Below, piece after piece: positions 38,993 through 50,633 of a DNA stretch of 64,000 nt (positions are counted from its first letter, which is position 1; every line of letters starts with the position of its first letter). The DNA is from an uncultured Bacteroidales bacterium. GTDB taxonomy: Bacteria; Bacteroidota; Bacteroidia; Bacteroidales; UBA10428. Where the stretch lies: the NCBI GenBank assembly GCA_963808745.1, contig CAWEGX010000005.1, forward strand, positions 709,582 through 773,581, read 5' to 3'. The position numbers and the translations under genes are program-made. The notes below the pieces were generated by a model. That model had not been told where the DNA came from and searched no databases. It worked only from the letters and a program-made list of their open reading frames with translations.

Positions 38993-40561
38993 ATGAAGAA
39001 ATCGCTTTTCCTTCTGATTTTAATTTTTCTATCTCCTTCCTTATTCCTTTTCAGTCAGAATACTGAAACGAAGGACGGACCTGTAAAAATTTATTATCCA
39101 AATGGTAAATTGTCAAGTGAGGGGATTATGCGCAAGGGACTTCCTGATGGATATTGGAAGACATATTATCCTTCGGGAATTATAAAATCGGAAGGAAACA
39201 GGCGAAATCACTTGCTGGACAGTACCTGGATATTTTACAATGAAATGGGGGATACACTTCAGAAGATGAACTATATAATGGGTAAGCGTAATGGTTTTTC
39301 CATTGAGTATAATTATAAGGATCTTAAGGATCCTATTCATCAGGGAAATATTATTTCGAAGGAGCTGTTTGTGAATGATAAAAGGGAAGGTAAATCGTTT
39401 TATTACTTTGGAAACGGTAAACTTAAGGAAACTGTTGAATTTAGAAATAATAAAAGAAATGGTACTGGTATTGAATATGATTTGGATGGAAAGATAATTA
39501 CCATTCAGCGTTTTATAAATGGTTCGCTTGTTGAAAGAGAGAGAATTAACCGTTTTGATCAGGCTGGTTTAAAGCAGGGTGTATGGAAAACCTTTTATAA
39601 TAATGGCAGGATTAAAACAGAAGCAAATTATAAGAATGATATTCTAAACGGTCCATATAAGGAATACGATGAGAACGGACTGGTTAAGGTTTACTTTCAG
39701 TATGCTGAAGGTAAGATGTTGGAAAAGGCTGATACAGCTGAGCTGGATATTGAGGTCAGGAATAGGTATGACGATGATGGAAATGTAATCTATACAGGCT
39801 ATTATCGTAAGGATGTGCCTGTTGGTATACATCGTAGCTTTAATAAGGAAGGCAAGGTCATAAATGCTTTATTATATAACAATGACGGGGTAAAACTCGG
39901 TGAAGGCATAATTACTCCGGAAGGAAAGAAAGAGGGGCCATGGAAATATTATTTTGAAAACGGAAAATTAAAATCATCCGGCAACTATGCTAATAATCTT
40001 CAAACTGGCACATGGAAGTATTTATTTGAAAACGGGAAAACTGAACAAACCGGTGTTTTCAAAAATGGGAAATACGATGGTCTTTGGCAATGGTTCTATG
40101 AAAATGAAAATTTAAAGCTCGAAGAGGAATATTTTGAGGGTAAGGAAGAAGGGGCAAGCACGGAATATGATTCAACCGGTAACATTATAACTAAGGGAAC
40201 TTATTTCGACGGCCAAAAAGAAGGTGATTGGTTTTATAAGGTCGGAGATTATAGTGAAAAAGGGAAGTATGTTGGTGACCTGAAGGATGGAAAATGGGAA
40301 GCCTTTTACGGTGATGGCAAACTTGCGTATGAGGGCAATTATGTGCAGGGAAATCCTGATGGGGAGCATGTTTATTATTATAATAACGGAAAAATTAAGG
40401 AGATTAATTATTATGTTATGGGCATTGCAGAAAAGAATTGGAAGAAATATGATGAAAATGGTGTTCTTCTGATCACAATTACATATAAGGATAATAAGGA
40501 ATACCGCATCAATGGTGAAAAGATTGAATTTGTGCAGGATGATGTTAAGCTGATACAATAA
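38993..40561 (+). CDS. secreted MORN-repeat-variant (YwqK-like) protein
   Basis: Signal peptide plus roughly 20 repeats of YYxNGKLKxEGxYxNGxxxGxWKxY. The ATG lies 2 nt after the nadA stop. Confidence 0.8.
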   Translation: MKKSLFLLILIFLSPSLFLFSQNTETKDGPVKIYYPNGKLSSEGIMRKGLPDGYWKTYYPSGIIKSEGNRRNHLLDSTWIFYNEMGDTLQKMNYIMGKRNGFSIEYNYKDLKDPIHQGNIISKELFVNDKREGKSFYYFGNGKLKETVEFRNNKRNGTGIEYDLDGKIITIQRFINGSLVERERINRFDQAGLKQGVWKTFYNNGRIKTEANYKNDILNGPYKEYDENGLVKVYFQYAEGKMLEKADTAELDIEVRNRYDDDGNVIYTGYYRKDVPVGIHRSFNKEGKVINALLYNNDGVKLGEGIITPEGKKEGPWKYYFENGKLKSSGNYANNLQTGTWKYLFENGKTEQTGVFKNGKYDGLWQWFYENENLKLEEEYFEGKEEGASTEYDSTGNIITKGTYFDGQKEGDWFYKVGDYSEKGKYVGDLKDGKWEAFYGDGKLAYEGNYVQGNPDGEHVYYYNNGKIKEINYYVMGIAEKNWKKYDENGVLLITITYKDNKEYRINGEKIEFVQDDVKLIQ

Positions 40562-40567
40562 GGCGAT

Positions 40568-41590
40568 ATGAATGAAGATTTTGAATTAAGGAAAATACAG
40601 CTTACCGAGGAAGAGCGCGAGATTGACCGGAGTATAAGGCCAAAAGATTTCAGTGATTTTAATGGACAGGATAAACTGGTTCAGAATCTGAAAGTTTTTG
40701 TTCAGGCGGCACGTTTAAGGAAGGAGTCTCTTGACCATGTTATTCTTTCGGGTCCTCCGGGCCTTGGTAAAACAACGCTGGCCCATATTATCTGCAATGA
40801 ACTGAAAAGCAATATACGAATTACATCCGGGCCTGTTTTGGAAAAGGCTGGTGACCTTGCCGGCATCTTAACTAACCTTGAAAGCCATGATGTGTTGTTT
40901 ATTGATGAAATTCACAGGTTGAATGCTACGGTCGAGGAATTTTTGTATTCGGCCATGGAGGATTATAAAATTGATCTGATCATTGATAAAGGCCCGGGGG
41001 CCCGTTCTGTACAACTTTCCTTGAATCCTTTTACACTGATTGGTGCGACTACTCGTGCCGGGTTACTTTCGGGTCCTCTTCGTGCCCGTTTTGGAATAAA
41101 CCTTCACCTCGAATATTATGATTGTGAGGTTCTTGAAAAGATCATTAATCGTTCTGCCAATCTTTTTAATATAAAAATTAATCCCAGAGCCGCCTTCGAA
41201 ATCGCTTCAAGGTCAAGAGGTACTCCCCGTATTGCGAATGCTTTATTGAGACGGGTGAGGGACTTTGCCCAGGTAAGAAAATTAAAGGAAATTGATCTTG
41301 AGGTAACTGAGTTTGCCTTGGAAGCGCTCAATATTGATAAGGACGGCCTTGATGAAATGGACAACAAAATTCTGCTATGTATCATTGAAAAGTTCAGAGG
41401 TGGACCTGTAGGTCTTACAACTATTGCCACAGCTGTTAGTGAAGATCCTGGCACTATTGAGGAGGTATATGAGCCGTTCCTGATCAAACAGGGTTATCTT
41501 AAACGGACACCAAGGGGCCGTGAGACAACAGAGCTTGCCTATAAGCACCTGGGAAAGACCAGGTATGGTGATTTTACCCTTCAGTTGTAA
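40568..41590 (+). CDS. ruvB: Holliday junction branch migration DNA helicase RuvB
   Basis: [34 protein letters not shown]. Confidence 0.97.
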   Translation: MNEDFELRKIQLTEEEREIDRSIRPKDFSDFNGQDKLVQNLKVFVQAARLRKESLDHVILSGPPGLGKTTLAHIICNELKSNIRITSGPVLEKAGDLAGILTNLESHDVLFIDEIHRLNATVEEFLYSAMEDYKIDLIIDKGPGARSVQLSLNPFTLIGATTRAGLLSGPLRARFGINLHLEYYDCEVLEKIINRSANLFNIKINPRAAFEIASRSRGTPRIANALLRRVRDFAQVRKLKEIDLEVTEFALEALNIDKDGLDEMDNKILLCIIEKFRGGPVGLTTIATAVSEDPGTIEEVYEPFLIKQGYLKRTPRGRETTELAYKHLGKTRYGDFTLQL

Positions 41591-41615
41591 ATAGATAAAA
41601 GACTGAAAATACTCG

Positions 41616-42634
<1,019 letters not shown>

Positions 42635-42645
42635 CTTAAATGATG

Positions 42646-43326
42646 TTATTTGATAATGGAAGCATGAATGATACGAATATCAGTGAGTGGCCTGTTCCTG
42701 CTGTCGGTTGAAGCTGAAGCAATCTTATCCACTATATCAAGTCCTTCAGTAACTTCTCCAAATACCGTATATGCATTGTCAAGATGGGGTGTACCGCCTA
42801 TTGTTGTATAGGACTCACGTTCTTCAGAAGTAAATGCTGCATGCCTTCCCGATGACTGAAGTGCGTCCAGTTGCGAATTCGTGAGAGGTGCTCCCTGAAC
42901 TATATAAAATTGGGACCCTGAGGACTGTTTCTTGGGATTCACCGCATCACCCTGTCGCGCTGCTGCAAGTGCACCTTTTTTATGGTAAAATTGTGGCTGT
43001 ATCTCAGCCGCGATTTTATAAGATGGACCACCTACACCCAGATGCTGATCAGGTGTTGCTTTTTTTGAGTCAGGATCACCGGTCTGAATCATGAACTGGG
43101 GTATTACACGGTGAAACAAAACACTGTCGTAATAACCTTCATTGACCAGTTTTATAAAATTGTCACGATGGAGCGGAGTTTCATCATAAAGACGGATCTT
43201 TATATCACCGGCGGTAGTTTGAAGCAGAATGTTCGTTTGCGTGTAAGCCATGAAGTTAGATGTTAAAAATGTAAGAACTAAGGAGACTGTAAGAATGTGT
43301 TTATTTTTCATACTATGTAATTTCAA
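42646..43326 (-). CDS. cyclophilin-type peptidyl-prolyl cis-trans isomerase (secreted)
   Basis: GDIKIRLYDETPLHRDNFIKLV...FHRVIPQFMIQTGDP... Confidence 0.9.
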   Translation of the reverse strand: MKLHSMKNKHILTVSLVLTFLTSNFMAYTQTNILLQTTAGDIKIRLYDETPLHRDNFIKLVNEGYYDSVLFHRVIPQFMIQTGDPDSKKATPDQHLGVGGPSYKIAAEIQPQFYHKKGALAAARQGDAVNPKKQSSGSQFYIVQGAPLTNSQLDALQSSGRHAAFTSEERESYTTIGGTPHLDNAYTVFGEVTEGLDIVDKIASASTDSRNRPLTDIRIIHASIIK

Positions 43327-43394
43327 AACAGGTGAATTATTTCAGGCTGTGAAATTATGAAATTTTTGGCTCTTCAAATCGTTTGTAAACAAGT

Positions 43395-43402
43395 TATCTT
43401 TG
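43395..43402 (+). promoter_or_regulatory. candidate -7 promoter element (TATCTTTG)
   Basis: TAnnTTTG match 57 nt upstream of the ATG at 43459. Confidence 0.3.
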
Positions 43403-43458
43403 TTTGCTATAGGAAGTTTTGTCGGGTTAATAATAATATAGAAGGAGATGTCAATTAA

Positions 43459-44310
43459 ATGAGAACTGTATGTATTGCGGGAGCAAGTGGATTTATCGGA
43501 CATAATTTGGTGCAGAGGCTCCTTGTTGAAGGTTATACTGTGTCTTTGATTTCAAGGGAGGATTTTAAAAGTGGAAGTATTGGCGACAAAATCAGAAATT
43601 GTACTATAGTGGTTAACCTTGTCGGAGAATCAATTGCTGGCTTATGGACAAGAGGGAAAAGAAAAAAAATTTACGAAAGCAGGATTCAGTCCACAAAAAA
43701 ATTAGTTGAGGCAATAAATCTGGCGGGAAATGATGTTAAATTGCTGATCCAGGTTTCCGGCGTCAGTATTTACGATCATCAGCTTGTTCATACTGAAGAT
43801 AGCAGGAATTATGACGAAGGTTTTTTAAGTAAGGTTATAAAGGATTGGGAAGGTGAATTAAGTCATATCAGGAATGGCAATTTACGGGTTATTATTCTGC
43901 GGTTGGGCATTGTTTTGGATAAAAGCGGGGGCATTCTGAAACAGATGTTGTATACTTTAAAATTGGGTGTCGGTATTGGTGTTAATAGTGAGGAGTATTT
44001 CCCTTTTGTTCATATTGATGATTTGATGAATGTATTTTTGTTTTGTATTAATAAAAAGAAAATATCCGGCGTGGTCAATGTAACGGCACCAGGTTTTTCA
44101 AAAATTAATCAGTTTTTCAGCGTATTAGTCCGGGTTAAAAAAGTTAAACATATTATATGGGTAAATACTGAATTCATTAGATTTTTTTTGGGAGAAAGCG
44201 GAAGTCTCCTGACTAACGGACAAAGGGTTGTTCCGGAAAAATTGCAAAAGGGGGGGTTTATATTCATGTATGATAATATTGAAGATGCTTTGAACAGGGC
44301 ATGCAATTGA
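43459..44310 (+). CDS. TIGR01777-family NAD-dependent epimerase-like protein (DUF1731 C-terminus)
   Basis: IAGASGFIGHNL... Rossmann motif; C-terminal ...VVPEKLQKGGFIFMYDNIEDAL. Confidence 0.75.
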   Translation: MRTVCIAGASGFIGHNLVQRLLVEGYTVSLISREDFKSGSIGDKIRNCTIVVNLVGESIAGLWTRGKRKKIYESRIQSTKKLVEAINLAGNDVKLLIQVSGVSIYDHQLVHTEDSRNYDEGFLSKVIKDWEGELSHIRNGNLRVIILRLGIVLDKSGGILKQMLYTLKLGVGIGVNSEEYFPFVHIDDLMNVFLFCINKKKISGVVNVTAPGFSKINQFFSVLVRVKKVKHIIWVNTEFIRFFLGESGSLLTNGQRVVPEKLQKGGFIFMYDNIEDALNRACN

Positions 44311-44395
44311 CCGGCGAATTACCTTACTTTGCAGAAGTTTTTATGACTTAACGAAAGGCGCATATTTTTAATCGTATTTTGTGAGATATTGTTTT

Positions 44396-44827
44396 ATGAA
44401 GGTTAAAATTGTAAATAAGTCACGGCATGGACTTCCTGCATACACTACACCTTTGAGTGCAGGTATGGATTTGTATGCCAATCTGAACGAAGCTGTAATT
44501 TTAAAACCTTTGGAGCGACAGTTAATTGGAACGGGTATTTTTATTGAATTGCCAGAGGGGTTTGAGGCGCAGGTAAGACCACGAAGCGGGTTGGCTGTAA
44601 AAAGAGGACTTTCTGTACTAAATACGCCAGGAACTATTGATGCTGATTACCGGGGGGAAATAAAGGTTATCATGGTTAACTTGTCAAATGAACCATGTGA
44701 AATAATGGACGGAGAGCGAATTGCACAATTGGTGGTCAGCCGGCATGAAAAGGTGGAATGGATTGAGTCGGTACAGTTAACCGACAGTGACCGGGGAACT
44801 GGTGGCTTTGGACATACAGGTGTATAA
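44396..44827 (+). CDS. dut: dUTP diphosphatase
   Basis: SAGMDL..., RPRSGLA..., [11 protein letters not shown]..., RIAQLV..., RG.GGFGHTG. Confidence 0.95.
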   Translation: MKVKIVNKSRHGLPAYTTPLSAGMDLYANLNEAVILKPLERQLIGTGIFIELPEGFEAQVRPRSGLAVKRGLSVLNTPGTIDADYRGEIKVIMVNLSNEPCEIMDGERIAQLVVSRHEKVEWIESVQLTDSDRGTGGFGHTGV

Positions 44828-44846
44828 ATTCACAAATATTTAAAGG

Positions 44847-46569
44847 GTGAAAATTTCGGTTGTTTTTATTTTGAGTCTGTCTTTTTTTGAGCATTTCTTC
44901 CTTTGGGCAGAAAGGGATTCAACAGAACGGCAATGACGATTCTGAAAGGGATCCGGGTTTCATATATGCTTTTACTGAGGCATCAAAATTATTATTATTT
45001 GAGGATTACGGAAGAGCCATGAGTTTGTTTAAGGAATGTCTTAAATATGAACCTCATAGTGCTGCTGTTCATTATCAGCTTGCACAGATCTATATTAAGG
45101 CAGGTGACATGACCTCAGCCCGGAACTTTTCACGAAATGCACATTTGATTGAACCAGATAACATCTGGTATGCTTCTCAGCTGGCTACAATTTATCAGGT
45201 AAGTCGAATGGCAGATAGCGCAATATTTGTTTATAAGTCTTTATTAAAAGGTTCAAAAGAAGATCTGAATCTTTTATTTAGAATAGCTTCACTGTATGAG
45301 CAGGAGGGAAAATATAAGGAAGCACTTCAATATTTTGATATTATTGAGAAGGAGGCGGGTATAACAAAAGAAGTTTGTATCAGTAAATCTAGAATTTATG
45401 ATAAGGCCGGTAAAGAAAAGAATGGCTTTGTCTGAACTTAGGCGGTGTTTAACTGGCGGTGAGCAGGATTATATTGTTTTAGGTGTGATTGCAGAATTTT
45501 ACAGAACACATAATCAACCTGATTCAGCCATGTATTATTATGAATTGATTGAAAGGGATCATCAGGACGATGCGAATGTTATGTTCTCATATGGTGAGTT
45601 TCTTTTGGAGCAGAAGCAGATAAGTAAGGCTCAGAAAGTATACGTTGATATTTATGGTAATGGTAATATTGATGAGAATGTGACGGATTAGCTATTTGTA
45701 TAACGCAATTCAGGATGAAAGACTTTATAAGCTTGTGAATCCTGTGTTGGATACTGTTGTGAATACTATGTACAGGCTGGAACGGGATAGCATTCGGATT
45801 ATTTCTCTATATAGTGATATCAAATACAGAACCGGGAGATATAATGACGCCGCAAAAGCTTTAAAACGGATTATTGCAGTTGATGATGGGAATTATTCAG
45901 CATGGGAGCAATTATTATTCTGTGAAAATGCACTTAAATCATAAGGATAGCGTTAACTATTATGGTGAAATTGCGATTGCAAGATTTCCTGAAAGACCTT
46001 TACCTTATCTTGTTTTAGGCTCAGTTCAATATGAAGAGAAGGAATATCCTAAAGCCATTACTACTTTGAAAACTGGTGAGAGTTTTGCTGGAGGTGACAG
46101 GCTTAAAGTTGAGTTTTATTCCATTTTGGCAGAATGTTATGGGAAGATCGGACATTTGGTTATGTCCGATGATTATTATATGCGCTCACTGAAAATTGAC
46201 AGTTTGAATGTGGTTGTACTCAACAATTATTCCTATAGTCTGGCTGTTAGGGGAGAAAATATCTCTAAGGCAATTTCCATGAGCAAATACACGATTGAAA
46301 AGGAGCCGTATAATTCCACTTATCTGGATACATACGCATGGGTAATGTACCAAAGTAATAATCTTGCGGAGGCAGAGAAATATATCAGGAAAGCTATTCA
46401 ATACGGTGGAGGTACCAATCCTGAAATTTTAAGCCATTATGGTGATATTCTTGCAAAGAAGGGAAAAACCAAAGATGCTGTCGCGGCCTGGAATGAGGCG
46501 CTGAAGTATGGTGACAGCGAATTGGAAAATTCTCTTCGTGCTAAAATTGAAAGTAGTAAAAGACAATAA
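44847..46569 (+). pseudogene. TPR-repeat protein, about 4 frame breaks
   Basis: A possible GTG start with a signal-like VKISVVFILSLSFF is interrupted at a T7 run. Fragments 44887-45435, 45398-45691, 45696-45944 and 45874-46569 all read as TPR-like helices. Confidence 0.6.
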
Positions 46570-46584
46570 TTTCACTTTTTGGCG

Positions 46585-47775
46585 ATGAATAGGGCTTTGA
46601 TAGTTTTTTCGTGCATGCTTCTCCTGGCAAATTCCACTGTTGCACAGAATGATGTGGAGAAAGTTCGGAAAATGCGTGAAAGCACTTTAAAGGAAATTGA
46701 ATATGCCAATAAACTTTTAGAGGAAACAAGGGGAAAAACCAAGGCATCATTGCAAGAGGTGAGTATTATTAATGAAAAATTAAGAAAGAGGAAGCAGTAT
46801 ATATCTGGTCTGGAAACAGAAACTGAACTGGTTGGCCAGACTGTTGCAGGGTACCAGGCAGAAATTGATAAGGTTCAGGCGGAAATTAAGAGGCTAAAAG
46901 ATCTGTATGCCGAAATGGTGGTCAGTAATTACAAGAATCGCTGGAACAATTATTATATTATGTATTTTCTTGCATCTGATAATATGAATCAGTTGTATCA
47001 ACGTTTGAGATTTGTAAGGATTTACTATAGTTATATTGAGAATCAAAAGTCGAAACTGGATAAACTGAAAGCGGATTTAAGCACTAAAAGTAATGAACTG
47101 TTGGAGGTTAAAAAAGAAAAGGAAGTTTTAATACGGACTACAAAGAGGGAGTATAGTGTTATACAGGAAGAAAGTGCGAAGAAGATGAAGCTTGTAAATT
47201 CCTTGAAGAAAAAGCAGGCTGAAATTGAGAAGGAGATCAGGGACAAGGAAAGAACTGCAAAGAAACTGGATAATGAAATTACCAAAATCATTGAGGCGGA
47301 GAGGAGGAAATCAGGGAAGGGTAGCATTAAAGCTAACCTGACTCCGGCGGATCAGATTATCTCAAGTGATTTTGAAAAGAACCGGGGAAAATTACCGTGG
47401 CCAACAAAGGAAGGATTAATTTCGGGTCAGTACGGTGAGCATGAGCATCCTGATTTTAAGGACGTTAAAATAAGGAACGATGGAATTTATATTTCTACAT
47501 CGAAGGGCGAGCCGGTCAGGTCAATATTTAAGGGTATTGTATCCAGGGTTTTTTCCATACCGGGTGAGAATTATACCGTAATAATTAAGCATGGAAATTA
47601 TTATACCCTGTATCATAACCTTGTTGATGTTATTGTAAAGGCCGGTCAGCATGTAGATACAAAAGAGGTTTTGGGAAAGGTTTATACTGATAATGCGACA
47701 AAGGAGAGCACTTTATACTTTCAGATATGGAAGGAAACAGAAAGGAATGATCCTGAATTATGGCTGGCTAATTAA
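46585..47775 (+). CDS. M23-family peptidoglycan metalloendopeptidase / EnvC-like murein hydrolase activator
   Basis: Signal peptide, a long coiled coil, and a C-terminal LytM domain (...GIYI...HGNYYTLYHNL...). Confidence 0.85.
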   Translation: MNRALIVFSCMLLLANSTVAQNDVEKVRKMRESTLKEIEYANKLLEETRGKTKASLQEVSIINEKLRKRKQYISGLETETELVGQTVAGYQAEIDKVQAEIKRLKDLYAEMVVSNYKNRWNNYYIMYFLASDNMNQLYQRLRFVRIYYSYIENQKSKLDKLKADLSTKSNELLEVKKEKEVLIRTTKREYSVIQEESAKKMKLVNSLKKKQAEIEKEIRDKERTAKKLDNEITKIIEAERRKSGKGSIKANLTPADQIISSDFEKNRGKLPWPTKEGLISGQYGEHEHPDFKDVKIRNDGIYISTSKGEPVRSIFKGIVSRVFSIPGENYTVIIKHGNYYTLYHNLVDVIVKAGQHVDTKEVLGKVYTDNATKESTLYFQIWKETERNDPELWLAN

Positions 47776-47877
47776 AAGAAAGTTGTTTTTTTAGTATTTT
47801 AGCATAAATATTAGGCAAAATGGAAACAAAAGATTATTGAATCAAGTATATTAATGGGTAATAGAAACATAAATGTA

Positions 47878-48276
47878 ATGGAAAAGTTACTTAAGATAAG
47901 TTCAAAGATCGAAAACCTCAGAAAAGTTGAGAAATTAGTCGATGATTTGTCAACTGAATACAATATCAGTGCTGATGTCTATGGCAATATTCTGATTGCA
48001 GCATTGGAGGCCGCTAACAACGCAATATTACACGGAAACAAGCTTGATGAAAATAAAAATGTGTCTATTACTTTTAAGATTGAAAAGGACAAGTTGAATA
48101 TTCAGATTGAAGATGAGGGTTTTGGTTTTGATTATAAAAATGTTCCAGATCCTACTGCTCCGGAGAATATTGAAAATGTGAATGGGCGAGGTATATTTTT
48201 GATGGAAAAGCTATCAGACAAGATAGAATTTACTCGTAATGGTGCAACTGTACAGCTTGAGTTTAATTTAAAATAA
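47878..48276 (+). CDS. RsbW/SiaB-like small HATPase protein (anti-sigma regulatory factor type Ser/Thr kinase)
   Basis: N-box ALEAANNAILHGN, G1 EDEGFGFD and G2 GRGIFLM; about 132 aa. No STAS or sigma-factor partner gene is adjacent. Confidence 0.7.
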   Translation: MEKLLKISSKIENLRKVEKLVDDLSTEYNISADVYGNILIAALEAANNAILHGNKLDENKNVSITFKIEKDKLNIQIEDEGFGFDYKNVPDPTAPENIENVNGRGIFLMEKLSDKIEFTRNGATVQLEFNLK

Positions 48277-48279
48277 AAA

Positions 48280-48714
48280 TTGGGAATTCATATCGAGTAT
48301 AATGAATGGAAAGGGAGTTTAAAAATCCCTTCAGGATTCAGGGAAGTAATTAAGGAAATTGGATTTCAGGAAAAGAGAAAGTTAGGGGAAATTTGTTTTA
48401 TTTTTGTTTCCGAAAAGGAAATACTCCGGATAAACCGGGAGTTTTTAAAACATGATTATATAACTGATGTTATTACGTTTAGTAATAGCATGAAAATATC
48501 TGTGGGAGGAGACATATTTATATGTCCGCAGGTGGTTTTTTTAAACGGAGTAATCTATGAATCAGATAATTATACTGAATTGTTCAGGGTAATGATACAT
48601 GGTGTACTGCATTTAATTGGTTATAATGATGGTAGCGTGGAAGAAAAGAGTATGATGAGAAGCAAGGAGGATTTTTATTTGGATTTTGGCAGGGCAAAGA
48701 ATTATTTGAATTAG
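48280..48714 (+). CDS. ybeY: rRNA maturation RNase YbeY
   Basis: [11 protein letters not shown] zinc motif. The start codon is uncertain (a non-ATG start in the ORF track). Confidence 0.85.
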   Translation: MGIHIEYNEWKGSLKIPSGFREVIKEIGFQEKRKLGEICFIFVSEKEILRINREFLKHDYITDVITFSNSMKISVGGDIFICPQVVFLNGVIYESDNYTELFRVMIHGVLHLIGYNDGSVEEKSMMRSKEDFYLDFGRAKNYLN

Positions 48715-48719
48715 AAGCG

Positions 48720-50593
48720 ATGGATTATACATATGATATTATAGTTGTTGGAGCGGGCCATGCAGGTTGTGAGGCTGCAAATGCTGCTGCTAATTTGGGA
48801 GCACGTGTTTTGCTTATTACGATGGATATGACTAAAATAGCACAGATGTCCTGTAATCCGGCTATGGGTGGTGTGGCAAAAGGGCAAATTGTAGGGAGAT
48901 TGATGCGTTGGGTGGATTCTCGGGAATTGTAACAGATAAAAGTATGGTACAGTTCAGAATGCTGAATAAGTCAAAGGGACCAGCGGTATGGAGTCCGAGG
49001 GCTCAATGTGACAGGGTATATTTTTCGCTGGAATGGAGAAAGCAAATTGAACATAACCGAAATATTGATTTATGGCAGGATAATGTTTATGCCTTGATTT
49101 TTGAAAATGATGGTATTAAGAGGTGTTCAAACCAGAATGAATGCAAGATTTTATGCGGAATGTGTTATTCTTACAGTGGGGACATTTGGGAATGGTATTA
49201 TACATGTGGGAAGGACTCAATTAGCAGGGGGAAGAATATCTGAAACAAGATCTGAAGGAATTACTGAGCAGCTTGTTGGAAGAGGTATAAAGTCTGGCAG
49301 GATGAAAACAGGCACACCTGCTCGACTTGATGGGAGAACAATTAATTTTGATTTACTTGAAGAGCAAAAGGGAGATGCAATTATTCAGCGATTTTCATTA
49401 TTTGAAACAGAAATTATTGATAGGCAATTATCATGTTTTATTACTTATACAAATGAGGATGTACATGCTATTTTACGAAGGGGATTTGAGGATTCACCGC
49501 TTTATAATGGTACAATAAAGGGTAGTTGGACCGCGATATTGCCCCAGTATTGAAGACAAGATTGTGACTTTTGGTGAGCGTGAACGTCATCAGCTTTTTC
49601 TCGAACCTGAAGGATGGAATACGAATGAATATTATCTGAATGGATTTTCTTCTTCACTTACCATTGGATATTCAATATGAAGCATTGAGAAGTATTCGGG
49701 GTTTGGAAAATGTTAAGATTTACAGACCTGGATATGCCATCGAGTATGATTATTATTTTCCTACCCAATTGCACCATTCTTTGGAATCGAAAATTGTAGA
49801 GTCTCTTTTTCTGGCTGGTCAGATAAATGGTACAACAGGGTATGAAGAAGCTGCTGCACAAGGACTAATGGCTGGTATCAATGCACATTTAAAGATTAAT
49901 AAAAGACCGGCTTTTATTCTGGGAAGAGAGGAAGCCTACATTGGTGTTCTGATTGATGATCTGGTTACAAAAGGTGTTGATGAACCTTACAGGATGTTTA
50001 CTTCCCGAGCAGAATACAGGGTTTTGTTACGACAGGATAATGCAGATGAGAGACTTACGGAAAGATCCATTGAAATAGGACTTGCTGATAGTATTAGAAG
50101 TAAAGTTTACAATGAAAAGAAGGAAGTAAAGAAAAAGGTATTAGATTTTATTCGAAATACCAGTGTAAGTCCGGCAGAAATGAATTCGATGCTGGATGAT
50201 TTGAGCTCGGCTGGACTACGGCAAAAGGTAAAATTGTTTGATGTACTTTTACGGCCTGAAGTACGAATATCGGAATTAGTAATGAGGGGATTACTGAATG
50301 TTCCGGATGTTGATAAAAATGCTTTTTATTGGAACGAACTTCTTGAATCGGTTGAAATTGCCGTTAAGTATCAGGGATATATCGAAAGAGAAAGATTACT
50401 GGCTGAAAAAGTTAAACGTCTTGAGGGAATAAGGATTGATTTTGATATTGATTTTAGTTCTTTACTTTCGATATCTACTGAAGGACGGCAGAAACTTAAA
50501 AGGCATAAACCTGCGACTATTGGTCAGGCCAGCCGTATTTCCGGAATTTCCCCAAGTGATATAAATGTTCTGCTTCTATATTTGGGTCGTTAA
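48720..50593 (+). pseudogene. mnmG: tRNA uridine 5-carboxymethylaminomethyl modification enzyme MnmG, 4 frame breaks
   Basis: The fragments read as [13 protein letters not shown].../ [32 protein letters not shown] / GVQTRMNARFYAECVILTVGTF...KTGTPARL / [15 protein letters not shown] / ...LFLAGQINGTTGYEEAAAQG... Confidence 0.92.
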
Positions 50594-50601
50594 GACATTA
50601 A

Positions 50602-50621
50602 AATGTTCCACGTGGAACATT
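50602..50621. promoter_or_regulatory. perfect 20-bp palindrome between mnmG and uvrC
   Basis: AATGTTCCAC GTGGAACATT, located 9 nt after the mnmG stop and 13 nt before the uvrC ATG. Confidence 0.5.
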
Positions 50622-50633
50622 CTGGTTTAAATA

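Noticed and set aside
38993-40561. Repetitive DNA that might be mistaken for a CRISPR-like or tandem-repeat array
   Set aside because: The periodicity is at the protein level (MORN-variant repeats in one long intact ORF). The DNA units are divergent, and there is no repeat-spacer structure or nearby cas gene.
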